A program made the position numbers and the translations under genes. The notes under the pieces are model-generated. The model had not been told where the DNA came from, searched no databases, and saw only the letters and a list, made by a program, of their open reading frames with translations. A stretch of 64,000 nt of DNA from Macrostomum lignano (Eukaryota): positions 62,001 to 126,000 of the forward strand of contig NIVC01000799.1 in NCBI GenBank assembly GCA_002269645.1. Reading direction: 5' to 3'. This document shows positions 50,382 to 61,224 of the stretch, in pieces (the stretch's first letter is position 1; each line of letters opens with the position of its first letter).

Positions 50382-53300
50382 AAAACTTCTTTGTTGTCTT
50401 TAGAATAGTTTTTGTAATAGATTTCGAAAAAAATTTAAGAAATTCTGTCTCAAAGAAACCTATTGCTTATTTCTAAGAAATGTGAAGGAATTCATGCGTG
50501 TTTCTAAGAAACCTATTGCTGATTTCTTAGAAACCTCAGACGTCTCTAGAGAGCTACTAGATCTCTATGAAAGGCCTACCGTGTTTTTATTTGTAATACA
50601 CAAGCAAAATGCATTCAATCAAGTGCAAAAGAAGTACTCCAGGAAGTAGGCACTATGCGTTTCTAAGAAAGCAGGACTCTGCGTTATCTGGACCGTAAAT
50701 TCGAAGAGCTAACCAAATCCGAATCTGACTGCAAAGTGTGAGAAGCGAATCGAACCCGCTGCCGCCACTCCGAGGGCCACAGAAATTGAATTAAATCACC
50801 AAATTGGTTTGCAACTTGGGAAACTCCTGGGAAGCCAAGTCTGTGAGCATACACTCAGCTCCCCCCCCCCCCAATAGCCTCCGGTACATGCCTTGCTATG
50901 CTCTTGTCGCTATGAAAGTTTAATGCCAGAACGCTCCCCGAGGAGCCCAGCGGACTGGTCAAATGTGGCAAAAAAACTTAACTTGATTCTATTCTACGAG
51001 TAATCCTGTGCTAAACTTTTACCAACGCTTGTGAGCTGGCGGTCCAACCCACTGAACCCTGGCTGGACTGCATAACAAGCTATATTGTTGGTTGTGTGTA
51101 CAATGCTAGTCTTGATTGACTTGCTGTGTTCTCAACTGCTCCTTTGCTCAGCTGCTTCTGTCTCCATTTCTGGGAATCGGGGGTACCGAGTACTCCAATT
51201 CAAGAGCTCACTTTTATGCTGGGGATAGGCTCACTTTTAGGCAATCGGCCGAAAGAGAGTAGCAGAGAGTGGGGGAGAGTAGCAGAGAGTGGGGGAGAGT
51301 AGCAGAGAGTGGGGGAGAGTAGCAGAGAGTGAGGGAGAGTAGCAGAGAGTGGGGGAGAGTAGCAGAGAGTGAGGGAGAGTAGCAGAGAGTGGGGGAGAGT
51401 AGCAGAGAGTGGGGAGAGTAGCAGAGAGTGAGGGAGAGTAGCAGAGAGTGAGGGAGAGTAGCAGAGAGTGAGGGAGAGTAGCAGAGAGTGGGGGAGAGTA
51501 GCAGAGAGTGGGGGAGAGTAGCAGAGAGTGAGGGAGAGTAGCAGAGAGTGGGGGAGAGTAGCAGAGAGTGAGGGAGAGTAGCAGAGAGTGGGGGAGAGTA
51601 GCAGAGAGTGGGGGAGAGTAGCAGAGAGTGAGGGAGAGTAGCAGAGAGTGAGGGAGAGTAGCAGAGAGTGGGGAGAGTAGCAGAGAGTGAGGGAGAGTAG
51701 CAGAGAGTGAGGGAGAGTAGCAGAGAGTGAGGGAGAGTAGCAGAGAGTGAGGGAGAGTAGCAGAGAGTGAAGTTTAGAAATAGAAAAAGCTACGGTACAC
51801 ACGCGGGAGAGGGACTGCAGGACTCAGAGCGGCTTAGCAATTCGCGTGGGGCATTGATAAATCGAAATATTTGTAGCTCTGGCCCAGGCAGAGATGGAAA
51901 CAGAAATCGCTTAAAAGCGGACAAGCTGGAATGAATGCACTTGCATAGTAGCAGGCTAAAGAGAGGCTTGCCGGGTGAGCTTACCAGGTCTTCAGCGGGG
52001 TAGAAAACAAGAAAAAACAGAGGGCAACTTTGGCTCCGGGGGACAGGGAGAATGAGAAATAAAGGTGGTTATGATTTTTTTGGAATGCGTAGCGCGAAAC
52101 ACTGCCTCCATGGCCACCCCCGACTCTCTGCGCGGAGGCTGCCCCCGCTTGTCAGCACTTATTACCATCTCTGGGGCAGCCGGTGACAAGGCCCAGCTGC
52201 AGTCTCTTTCGGTCCGTTCTTCATCTTTCATCGGCCGCTTGAGCCGGTCCTTAGCTTATTCAGAGCAAAAAAGCGGATTTTGGATTGACGTTCTGCCTCT
52301 AGCTGGAACCCCATAGCCCAGTTCTGTATAAGCTCACTCTTCAACTTTTCTCTCTAGGTCTAGTAGCTCGAAATTGAGATGAGGCGCTATCGCCCGAAGG
52401 TCTGATCGAACTCTCGCTGCCGTTTTCTGTCCGAGGAGAAGCAGCATATTCAATCGGGTGGTCGCGTTGAGTTGAAGTGCGACTCATTTTCTCTTCTCCC
52501 GTTGCTACCCCGAGCTTGGTTTTGAGCTGACTTTTCAGTCCAGCCGAGATAAGATAAGAATTAGGCTGCTCGGAGTGCATTTTGCTGGGATTTCGGTCTT
52601 ATTCAGTTTCGGACCATTGATCCAGATTAATGCTTCGATAGCACGGTTTAGATGGGGCGTCACTCCAGCACTGCGAAGGTCTTTGAAAGTCTGTGAAGGT
52701 CTGTAAGGATGTGTGAAGGTTTGTGAAGAAGGTCTTTGAAGGTATGTAGTGCTCTGTGAAGGTATGTGGTGGTCTGTGAAGGTATGTGGTGCTCTGTGAA
52801 GGTATGTGGTGGTCTGTGAAGGTGTGGTGGTCTGTGAAGGTATGTGGTGGTCTGTGAAGGTATGTGGTGCTCTGTGAAGGTATGTGGTGGTCTGTGAAGG
52901 TATGTGGTGCTCTGTGAAGGTATGTAGTGCTCTGTGAAGGTATGTGGTGGTCTGTGAAGGTATGTGGTGGTTTGTGAAGGTATGTGGTGGTCTGTGAAGG
53001 TATGTGGTGGTCTGTGAAGGTATGTGGTGCTCTGTGAAGGTATGTGGTGCTCTGTGAAGGTATGTAGTGCTCTGTGAAGGTATGTGGTGGTCTGTGAAGG
53101 TATGTGGTGCTCTGTGAAGGTATGTGGTGGTCTGTGAAGGTATGTGGTGGTCTGTGAAGGTATGTGGTGGTCTGTGAAGGTATGTGGTGGTCTGTGAAGG
53201 TATGTGGTGGTCTGTGAAGGTATGTGGTGGTTTGTGAAGGTATGTGAAGGTATCGGAAGGTTTGTAAAGGTTTGTGAAGTTTTTAAAGGTATATGAAGGT

Positions 53301-56300
53301 TTGTGAATGTTTATTAGGGTATATGAAGAAAGTCTGTGAATTTTGGCGTGAAAATTTGGGAAGGTTTATGAAGGTTTGTGAAGAAGGTCTTTGAAGGTAT
53401 GTGGTGGTCTGAAGGTTTGTGAAGTTTGTAAAGGTCTGTAAATGTTTATGAAGGTATATGAGTGAGGGATCTGTGAAGGTTTGGGAAGGTCAGTGAAGGT
53501 CAGTGATAAAGATCAATGAAGATCTGTGAAAGTCTGCGATGGTCCCAGGATGGTGTGTGAAGGTTTGTGAAAGTCTGTGAAAGTTTGACTCAGTTCATGA
53601 AAATTAGTTTTCTGGACAACCCATTCTCTTTCAATCACCGCCGCCCGCCAATTCCAGATGACGGTGGTGTCCTCCGCCACCATGCTGCTGGGCCTCACGA
53701 GCAGCCGCTTCCTGGCCGTTGTTCACCCGTGGGAGAACCGGAAAATCAATCCCGCCAGAGCCAAAATCGCCTGTCTGGTGGCTTGGATCTGTGAGCTCTG
53801 GTCTCGTTTGTTGTGACATTTTCAACTGGGGGTCACCACTGTGAATATTTTGGAAAGCATTGACTTGGGTTTTCTCCCTTTCCTGTTTCTCTCTTTTTCT
53901 CTTTCCTTCCCCTTTCATTATTGTTCGTCTTCTCTCTCTTTGTTCCTCTTCCCTTCCGCTTCCTCTTCCCTTCCGCTTCCTTTTCCCTTCCGCTTCCTCT
54001 TCCCTTCCGCTTCCTCTTCCCTTCCGCTTCCTCTTCCCTTCCGCTTCCTCTTCCCTTCCGCTTCCTCTTCCCTTCCGCTTCCTCTTCCCTTCCGCTTCCT
54101 CTTCCCTTCCGCTTCCTCTTCCCTTCCGCTTCCTCTTCCCTTCCGCTTCCTCTTCCCTTCCGCTTCCTCTTCCCTTCCGCTTCCTCTTCCCTTCCGCTTC
54201 CTCTTCCCTTCCGCTTCCTCTTCCCTTCCGCTTCCTCTTCCCTTCCGCTTCCTCTTCCCTTCCGCTTCCTCTTCCCTTCCGCTTCCTCTTCCCTTCCGCT
54301 TCCTTTTCCCTTCCGCTTCCTCTTCCCTTCCGCTTCCTCTTCCCTTCCGCTTCCTTTTCCCTTCCGCTTCCTTTTCCCTTCCGCTTCCTTTTCCCTTCCG
54401 CTTCCTTTTCCCTTCCGCTTCCTTTTCCCTTCCGCTTCCTTTTCCCTTCCGCTTCCTTTTCCCTTCCGCTTCCTTTTCCCTTCCGCTTCCTTTTCCCTTC
54501 CGCTTCCTTTTCCCTTCCGCTTCCTTTTCCCTTCCGCTTCCTTTTCCCTTCCGCTTCCTTTTCCCTTCCGCTTCCTCTTCCCTTCCGCTTCCTCTTCCCT
54601 TCCGCTTCCTTTTCCCTTCCGCTTCCTTTTCCCTTCCGCTTCCTATTCCTTTCCCCTTCTTCTCATTTTAATTTCCCCTTCCTCTGTATTGGTTGCCAAT
54701 TAGCCGTCCAACATCATTTTATGCAGTTGATAATCAAGTTATACCTGCCGCCATATTGGGGAAAGTGACTTGAAAAAAACAAAAAGACCTCTGCTGACAG
54801 GAAAAAATGTTAGAAAAATAGCACTACAGCTTTCTCTTGAAAAGTCCGACTCGCCCCCCCCCGGACTGACAAGAAGGCTGCAGCTGCACTGAAATCGATA
54901 CCGGAGCTCAACTTCAGTTGCAATCCCCTCCCTGTCAATCTGGCCAGTTTGAATTGAGCTAACCTAGGACAAAGTGAAAGGGGATTAGGCGAGCTGGGGA
55001 AATTTAGGGCGTGGCAAACAAAAAGAGAAAGTGGGCAATAGTGAGATTAGCGTCAGGTGGAGCTTAATTGCCTGGCCGAGGCAGTTAAGCCAGAGACTTT
55101 GTCAAGCCCGCTAGCACTGGATTTACAAGTGGTGGGCGGTGGGGGGCAACCAGCTAATTACAGCTGAAAGATGCAGATGAAAGAAGCTGGGAATAATCAG
55201 CGACAGATAAAGCTAGACGGGCTTATTAACCGACACAGAGTCGGCTATGTTGACTCTCGTCTCTATCTGGAAATCAATGAGGCGGGTTACTAGACTTTGA
55301 GCCCTTAGTGTGTGGGCGTTATGAAAGTTGCTCTGCAATATTCTTTTATCCCATCTGTCTATCAATCGTAGTTTATCTCTGGCGGCGAGATTAGCATAGT
55401 GAGCCAACAACTGCAGCGTAGGTTGCGATCGAATAGTTCGAAGCCACGGCCTGTAGGAAATCGCCCGATTGACTGAGCCATGCTGGTTGGGGGCGGGGGG
55501 AGGCAGAGGTTTTGTGCCGCCTCGTCCTAGCAGCGCTCAAGGACACCCAAAGTCAAAATCTGGACTGAAAATATTACTCAACACCTTTTTTTTAACAAGC
55601 TCAAAGCGATTTTAGAAAGCCAAATAGATTTGTAGTTGCCATGGAGAGTTGCTGAGATGGGGGTTGCTAAGATTCCATGGGGGTTGCTGAGATGCCATGG
55701 GGGAGTTGCTGAGATGCCATGGGGGAGTTGCTGAGATGCATGGGGGAGTCGCTGAGTTGCCATGGGGGATTTGCTGGGATGCCATGGGGGAGTTGCTGAG
55801 ATGCCATGGGGGAGTCGCTGAGATGCCATGAGGGAGTTGCTGAGATGCCATGGGGGAGTTGCTGGGATGCCATGGGGGAGTTGCTGAGATGCCATGGGGG
55901 AGTTGCTGGGATGCCATGGGGGAGTTGCTGAGATGCCAATGGGGAGTCGCTGAGATGCCAAGGGGGGAGTTGCTGAGATGCCAAGGGGGAGTTGCTGAGA
56001 TGCATGGGGGAGTCGCTGAGTTGCCATGGGGGATTTGCTGGGATGCCATGGGGGAGTTGCTGAGATGCCATGGGGGAGTTGCTGGGATGCCATGGGGGAG
56101 TTGCTGAGATGCCATGGGGGAGTTGCTGGGATGCCATGGGGGAGTTGCTGAGATGCCATGAGGGAGTTGCTGAGATGCCATGGGGGAGTTGCTGAGATGC
56201 CATGGGGGAGTTGCTGAGTTGCCATGGTGGAGTTGCTGAGATGCCATGAGGGAGTTGCTGAGATGCCATGGGGGAGTTGCTGAGATGCCATGAGGGAGTT

Positions 56301-59300
56301 GCTGAGATGCCATGGGGGAGTCGCTGAGATGCCATGGGGGAGTTGCTGAGATGCCATGAGGGAGTTGCTGGGATGCCAATGGGGAGTTGCTGGGATGCCA
56401 TGGGGGAGTTGCTGAGATGCCATGGGGGAGTTGCTGAGATGCCATGAGGGAGTTGCTGGGATGCCATGGGGGAGTTGCTGGGATGCCAATGGGGAGTTGC
56501 TGGGATGCCATGGGGGAGTTGCTGGGATGCCATGGGGGAGTTGCTGAGATGCCATGGGGGAGTTGCTGGGATGCCAATGGGGAGTTGCTGGGATGCCATG
56601 GGGGAGTTGCTGAGATGCCATGGGGGAGTTGCTGAGATGCATGGGGGAGTTGCTGAGATGCCATGGGGGAGTTGCTGGGATGCCATGGGGGAGTTGCTGG
56701 GATGCCATGGGGGAGTTGCTGAGATGCCATGGGGGAGTTGCTGGGATGCCATGGGGGAGTTGCTGGGATGCCATGGGGGAGTTGCTGAGATGCCATGGGG
56801 GAGTTGCTGAGATGCATGGGGGAGTTGCTGAGATGCCATGGGGGAGTTGCTGGGATGCCATGGGGGAGTTGCTGAGATGCCATGGGGGAGTTGCTGAGAT
56901 GCATGGGGAGTTGCTGAGATGCCATGGGGGAGTTGCTGAGATGCCATGGGGGAGTTGCTGAGATGCATGGGGGAGTCGCTGAGTTGCCATGGTGGAGTCG
57001 CTGAGTTGCCATGGGGGAGTCGCTGAGTTAAGTGTCTACGAGAACATAGCTAAAGTGGCTTAACACGGGGATCCGGGCATGAGTCAGCAGTCCAGGTTAC
57101 TGATTCGAGGTGGTCCTTGGATCGCTCGTGGCTGACTTGGGGGAAGAAAGAGAGGCGGATAGGGAGGAGGGCGAATGCCATAAATCAGGCCTTGTCCCCG
57201 ACAGAAGTGCCTCGATTTTCCAATTAGTCAATTCCTGCTCCCTATTTTTTAAGCCGGAACAGTAAATAATAAACAATAAATGCGCAATATCTGTGACGAT
57301 AATTTATGACTGCACAGTCGATTGGAGTTTTCTAAACACTGCGCACCACGCTTTATGATTGCTAAATGTTTTTCTGCATGATCTGCTATCATTTTAGGAC
57401 TTTAGGCAAATTGACAAATTTATCGATATTGAGTCAACTGTATCAGACACACTTCCATTTGTGTCAGGAGTAGCGCCAGAAGTAAATTTAGTGTCAGGAG
57501 AAGCTAGTGTCAGGAGCCAAAACTAGTGTCAGTAGCACCAGAACTAGTGTCAGGAGTAGCCCCAGAACTAGTGTCAGGAGCCAAAACTAGTGTCAGTAGC
57601 ACCAGAACTAGTGTCAGGAGTAGCCCAGAACTAGTGTCAGGAGTAGCCCAGGAACTAGTGTCAGGAGTAGCCCCAGAACTATTGTCAGGAGTAGCACCGG
57701 AATTAGTGTCAGGAGTAGCGTCAGAACTTGTACATTAGAAGTGTCAGAACTGATGTCAGGTCTCCCAGTTCCATTACTGAGCACCAACATGCATCATCGG
57801 CTTCATCGTTTGCAGTTGGCGCCATCGTCAGCATCCCGAACCCGCTGGTGTTCAAGGTGTCCCTGTCCCCGGACGGTTACTACGTGTGCCAGGACTCGTA
57901 CACGGAGTCCCAGCGAGTGGCCTACTCCGTGGCGATCCTACTGTTCTCCTACGTGCTGCCGTTCTTCGCCATCGTGGTCATGAACTGCCTGATTGTTCGC
58001 AAGCTCAAGCGGGAGGTGAGAAGCGACTGGTGCTGTTGACTAAGTACTTTGGGGCTGGCCTCCCCCCTCAGTCACTTTGGGGCTGGCCTCCCCCCTCAGT
58101 CACTTTGGGGGCTGGCCTCCCCTCCCCCCTCAGTCACTTTGGGGCTGGCCTCCCCTCCCCCTCAGTCACTTTGGGGCTGGCCTCCCCCCTCAGTCACTTT
58201 GGGGCTGGCCTCCCCTCCCCCTAAGTCACTTTGGGGCTGGCCTCCCCTCCCCCCTCACTCACTTTGGGGCTGGCTCCCCCCTCACTCACTTTGGGGCTGG
58301 TCTACCCTCCCCCTCAGTCACTTTGGGGCTGGTCTACCCTCCCCCTCAGTCACTTTGGAGGCTGGCCTCCCCACTCAGTCACTTTGGGGCTGGCTTTCTC
58401 AGTTAATTTCAATCAGATAATCAATTTATTTGACTGTCTAGCAATTCTCATTCCCCACCAAGCCACATAAATTATGGATAACGGGCTCTTTAAAATATTA
58501 AATTTTAGCTTGTCAACAAATATATAGATTTTTCAAATGTGTTCCCACCAAAAACTGCCTCACTTAAACTAGCAATTAATAAATTATATTTTGTCTGATT
58601 GAATGCCGCAAATTGATGCTTTATTTTCATTCTTCTGATTGAAATTTGTCATCTTTTAAAGCATTATTTATTTAGTCTAAATAAACCTGGGGACAGCCTC
58701 TGCAGTTCCTGCTTCACAATACTGTCTCCGCCATCTCTTTCCCTACTGTTTCAAAGCCATAAAAATGCAAATTAGTGAACAGCAATCTGATTGCTTGGCC
58801 TCCTTATCACTATTTCGCAACTCTGTACTCAGTCTCAGTCTCACCAAGCCAGCGAAAAATGCTGTGCAGGAAACACTGGGTGCCAAGCAGCAGGAGAAGG
58901 AAAGCGAGAAGTGGCGAAAGCAACGCTAAAGAAAGCAGACAGGAAGAGAGGTGAGAGAAGCAGCAGGCGACGAGGGAGTTGGTAATATAATAGAGGAGAG
59001 TAGCTGAGCCGATTGCTTATGAGATTGACTGATAAGGGCCTCCGTCACTTTCGAGCTGTCAGTCAGTGACTTGGGGATAACTGAGTAGACAGACAGACGG
59101 ACAAACGGACAGACAGACTGTTACAGAGAGACATTATTGGCTAATTTCAACTAATCCGGTTAAACACTTGTGATTTCACCTGGTCAGCCAGTGTCTCAAA
59201 TTCAATTAGGTTTAAAAAACAGTTCGAGAATTCCAGTTCCCTCTGTGAAGTAATGCATTGCACTTTATCTGTGCTTACTAGTGCATGCAGAGCACTGCTC

Positions 59301-60994
59301 ATTCACGAATCATTCACATACAATTCACAAGCCATTCACAAACCGCTCACAAACCCTTCACAAACCACTCACAAACCATTCACAAACCATTCACAAACCC
59401 TTCACAAACCATTCACAAACCATTCACAAACCATTCACAAACCATTCAAAAACCATTCAAAAACCATTCACAAACATTTCAAAAACCATTCACAAACCAT
59501 TCACAAACCATTCACAAACCACTCACAAACCATTCACAAGCCATTCACAAACCATTCACAAAACATTCACAAACCATTCACAAAAAATTCACAAACCGCC
59601 TCGAGAGGAACGACCCGGAGCCAGTGTTTAGAGATGGGATTTGAATAAAACAGCTGTTCTGACTCCCAAATCCCAAGTGCTCAAGAAATGTTTTGCATCC
59701 GCTTAGGAGAAGGGGAAGAGGATTCTGTAGGCGAGCAAGATCTTCATCCGCAACTTCCAGGAGACGGAAGCCGCAATGGCTGGCTAAGCAATAAAACCCA
59801 TTTTTATGGCCAACCGTATTTGGGATGGCTGGGGAAAATGATGGAGAAAAAGATAACAATAGGCTTGAATTTGCTAAACTGGGAAGTGGATTGAATTGTG
59901 GGATATTTTTTAGCTCATCAAGGGAAATGAGGGGAAGATCGGCCCGGGAGACAAATGGTAGAGATTCTGTATATTTGAGGAGGGGGTCTTTTACCCAGAC
60001 CGAAAGGCCTAAAAAGTGGCTTTAGGCTGGGATGAGTTCAACAAATATAGACGAGAGATGAAGCGTTTCTGAAAAACTGCTCAGTAAGGGTTAGAGATGC
60101 GTTTTGCACAGACTTTTTATATTAGTTCATTTACGTGCTTGGCTAACAATGCATGGTAGCGATTTAAATAATCTACTATTTCAATCTGCTCCTCGATCCC
60201 AGAGCACAGACTAGCAATCCAATTTTCCCCAATCCCAGAGCACAGACTAGCAATCCAATTTTCCCCAATCCCAGAGCACAGACTAGCAATCCAATTTTCC
60301 CCAATCCCAGAGCACAGACTAGCAATCCAATTTTCCCCAATCCCAGAGCACAGACTAGCAATCCAATTTTCCCCAATCCCAGAGCACAGACTAGCAATCC
60401 AATTTTCCCCAATCCCAGAGCACATACTAGCAATCCACTTTTCCCCAATCACAGGACTCCAAGGCCAGCTCGGACAAGCGCCGCGAGAACAAGCGCCGTC
60501 AGCGCACCAAAGTGACGAAGATGGTGATGGTGGTGACGTCACTATACGGCATCTGCTGGTTCCCCACCGAGCTGATCAATTTCTGGTACCACGTGCTCCG
60601 GCACACTTTCCCATTCAGCAACGCCATGCTGGTGGTGAAGATCTGCGCCACCGCTCTGCACTATGCCTCCTGCTGCGTGAACCCCATCGTGTACTCCATG
60701 CTGAGCGGCTCGTTCAGGGCCGCCATAGCCAAGCAGTTCCCGACTTTCTGCCAGCAGCGCGGAGCCAAAGCTGGCGGCTGCAGGCAGCAGCAGCCGCAGC
60801 AGCAGCCCGGACGCTCCGATGAGGCCGAGATGGAGCGAGCCGCTACGGCCGTGTCAGCCGTGGGCGGCGGCGCCAGTCGCAAGCGGAACTCGGACTCGGA
60901 CTCGGACGTGTCCGGACGGGCGGCGCAGCGTCTGCTGTTGGACAACTCCGACATCAGCGGACAGGGCCCGGCCTGCCAGATCACCGCGCTGTGA
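48271..60994 (+). CDS. Class A (rhodopsin-like) neuropeptide GPCR, galanin/allatostatin-receptor-like; 4 exons, 397 aa
   Basis: Exons 48271-48591, 53658-53790, 57816-58015 and 60455-60994 join in frame (phases 0, 1, 0) with GT-AG introns. TM1 GILAN, TM2 LAITDL, TM3 CK...SRFLAVVHP, TM4 W, TM5 YVLP, TM6 CWFP, TM7 NPIVY. Confidence 0.9.
49900..50672. repeat. Imperfect tandem duplication (~430 + ~340 bp) with internal TTTCTAAGAAA subrepeats, GPCR intron 1
   Basis: Block CAATACACAAGCAAAATGCATTCAATCAAGTGCAAAAGAAGTA...CCAGGAAGTAGGCACTATGCGTTTCTAAGAAAGC occurs at ~50250-50340 and ~50595-50672. Confidence 0.85.
51255..51770. repeat. 20-bp purine-rich minisatellite, GPCR intron 1
   Basis: AGCAGAGAGTG(G/A)GGGAGAGT. 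Confidence 0.95.
52680..53585. repeat. 20-bp minisatellite with degenerate flanks, GPCR intron 1
   Basis: CTGTGAAGGTATGTGGTGGT. Confidence 0.93.
53658..53790 (+). CDS. GPCR exon 2 (TM3-TM4; frame not in ORF track)
   Basis: AATTCCAG acceptor; MTVVSSATMLLGLTSSRFLAVVHPWENRKINPARAKIACLVAWI; T|GTGAGC donor. Confidence 0.88.
53950..54655. repeat. 17-bp pyrimidine minisatellite, GPCR intron 2
   Basis: TTCCGCTTCCT(C/T)TTCCC; C variant in the 5' half, T variant in the 3' half. Confidence 0.95.
55640..57030. repeat. 22-bp G-rich minisatellite, GPCR intron 2
   Basis: GCCATGGGGGAGTTGCTG(A/G)GAT. Confidence 0.95.
57460..57760. repeat. 24-bp minisatellite, GPCR intron 2
   Basis: GTGTCAGGAGTAGCCCCAGAACTA. 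Confidence 0.88.
57816..58015 (+). CDS. GPCR exon 3 (TM4-ECL2-TM5)
   Basis: TTTGCAG acceptor; GAIVSIPNPLV...YYVCQD...FSYVLPF...KLKRE; GTGAGA donor. Confidence 0.9.
58048..58395. repeat. 28-33-bp minisatellite, GPCR intron 3
   Basis: CTTTGGGGCTGGCCTCCCC(TCCCC)CTCAGTCA. Confidence 0.92.
59320..59597. repeat. 11-bp minisatellite, GPCR intron 3
   Basis: AAACCATTCAC. Confidence 0.92.
60195..60450. repeat. 36-bp minisatellite, ~7 copies, abutting the GPCR exon 4 acceptor
   Basis: AATCCCAGAGCACAGACTAGCAATCCAATTTTCCCC. Confidence 0.95.
60455..60994 (+). CDS. GPCR exon 4 (ICL3, TM6, TM7, C-tail)
   Basis: AATCACAG acceptor; DSKASSDKRRENKRRQRTKVTKMVMVV...CWFP...NPIVY...TGA. Confidence 0.9.
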   Translation, partial: DSKASSDKRRENKRRQRTKVTKMVMVVTSLYGICWFPTELINFWYHVLRHTFPFSNAMLVVKICATALHYASCCVNPIVYSMLSGSFRAAIAKQFPTFCQQRGAKAGGCRQQQPQQQPGRSDEAEMERAATAVSAVGGGASRKRNSDSDSDVSGRAAQRLLLDNSDISGQGPACQITAL

Positions 60995-61224
60995 CTCCGG
61001 GCGGTTCCAGGTGGCCGCTTCTGGAAGGCAATTTGAAAAATATTTGTGAGGAAAGATTCCCAGTCTGAGTATGGGGAACCCAGGTATGATAATTGATATT
61101 TTTTCTGCTAGCCAGCGATGGTTAATTATTGGATTTCTGTCCCCCCTCAAAGTATTCGCGTCACATCTACCTGTAGCCCTCCAAATTCAAATAGCTTTAA
61201 TGCCCTCAGCTCCCTTGTCACTCG

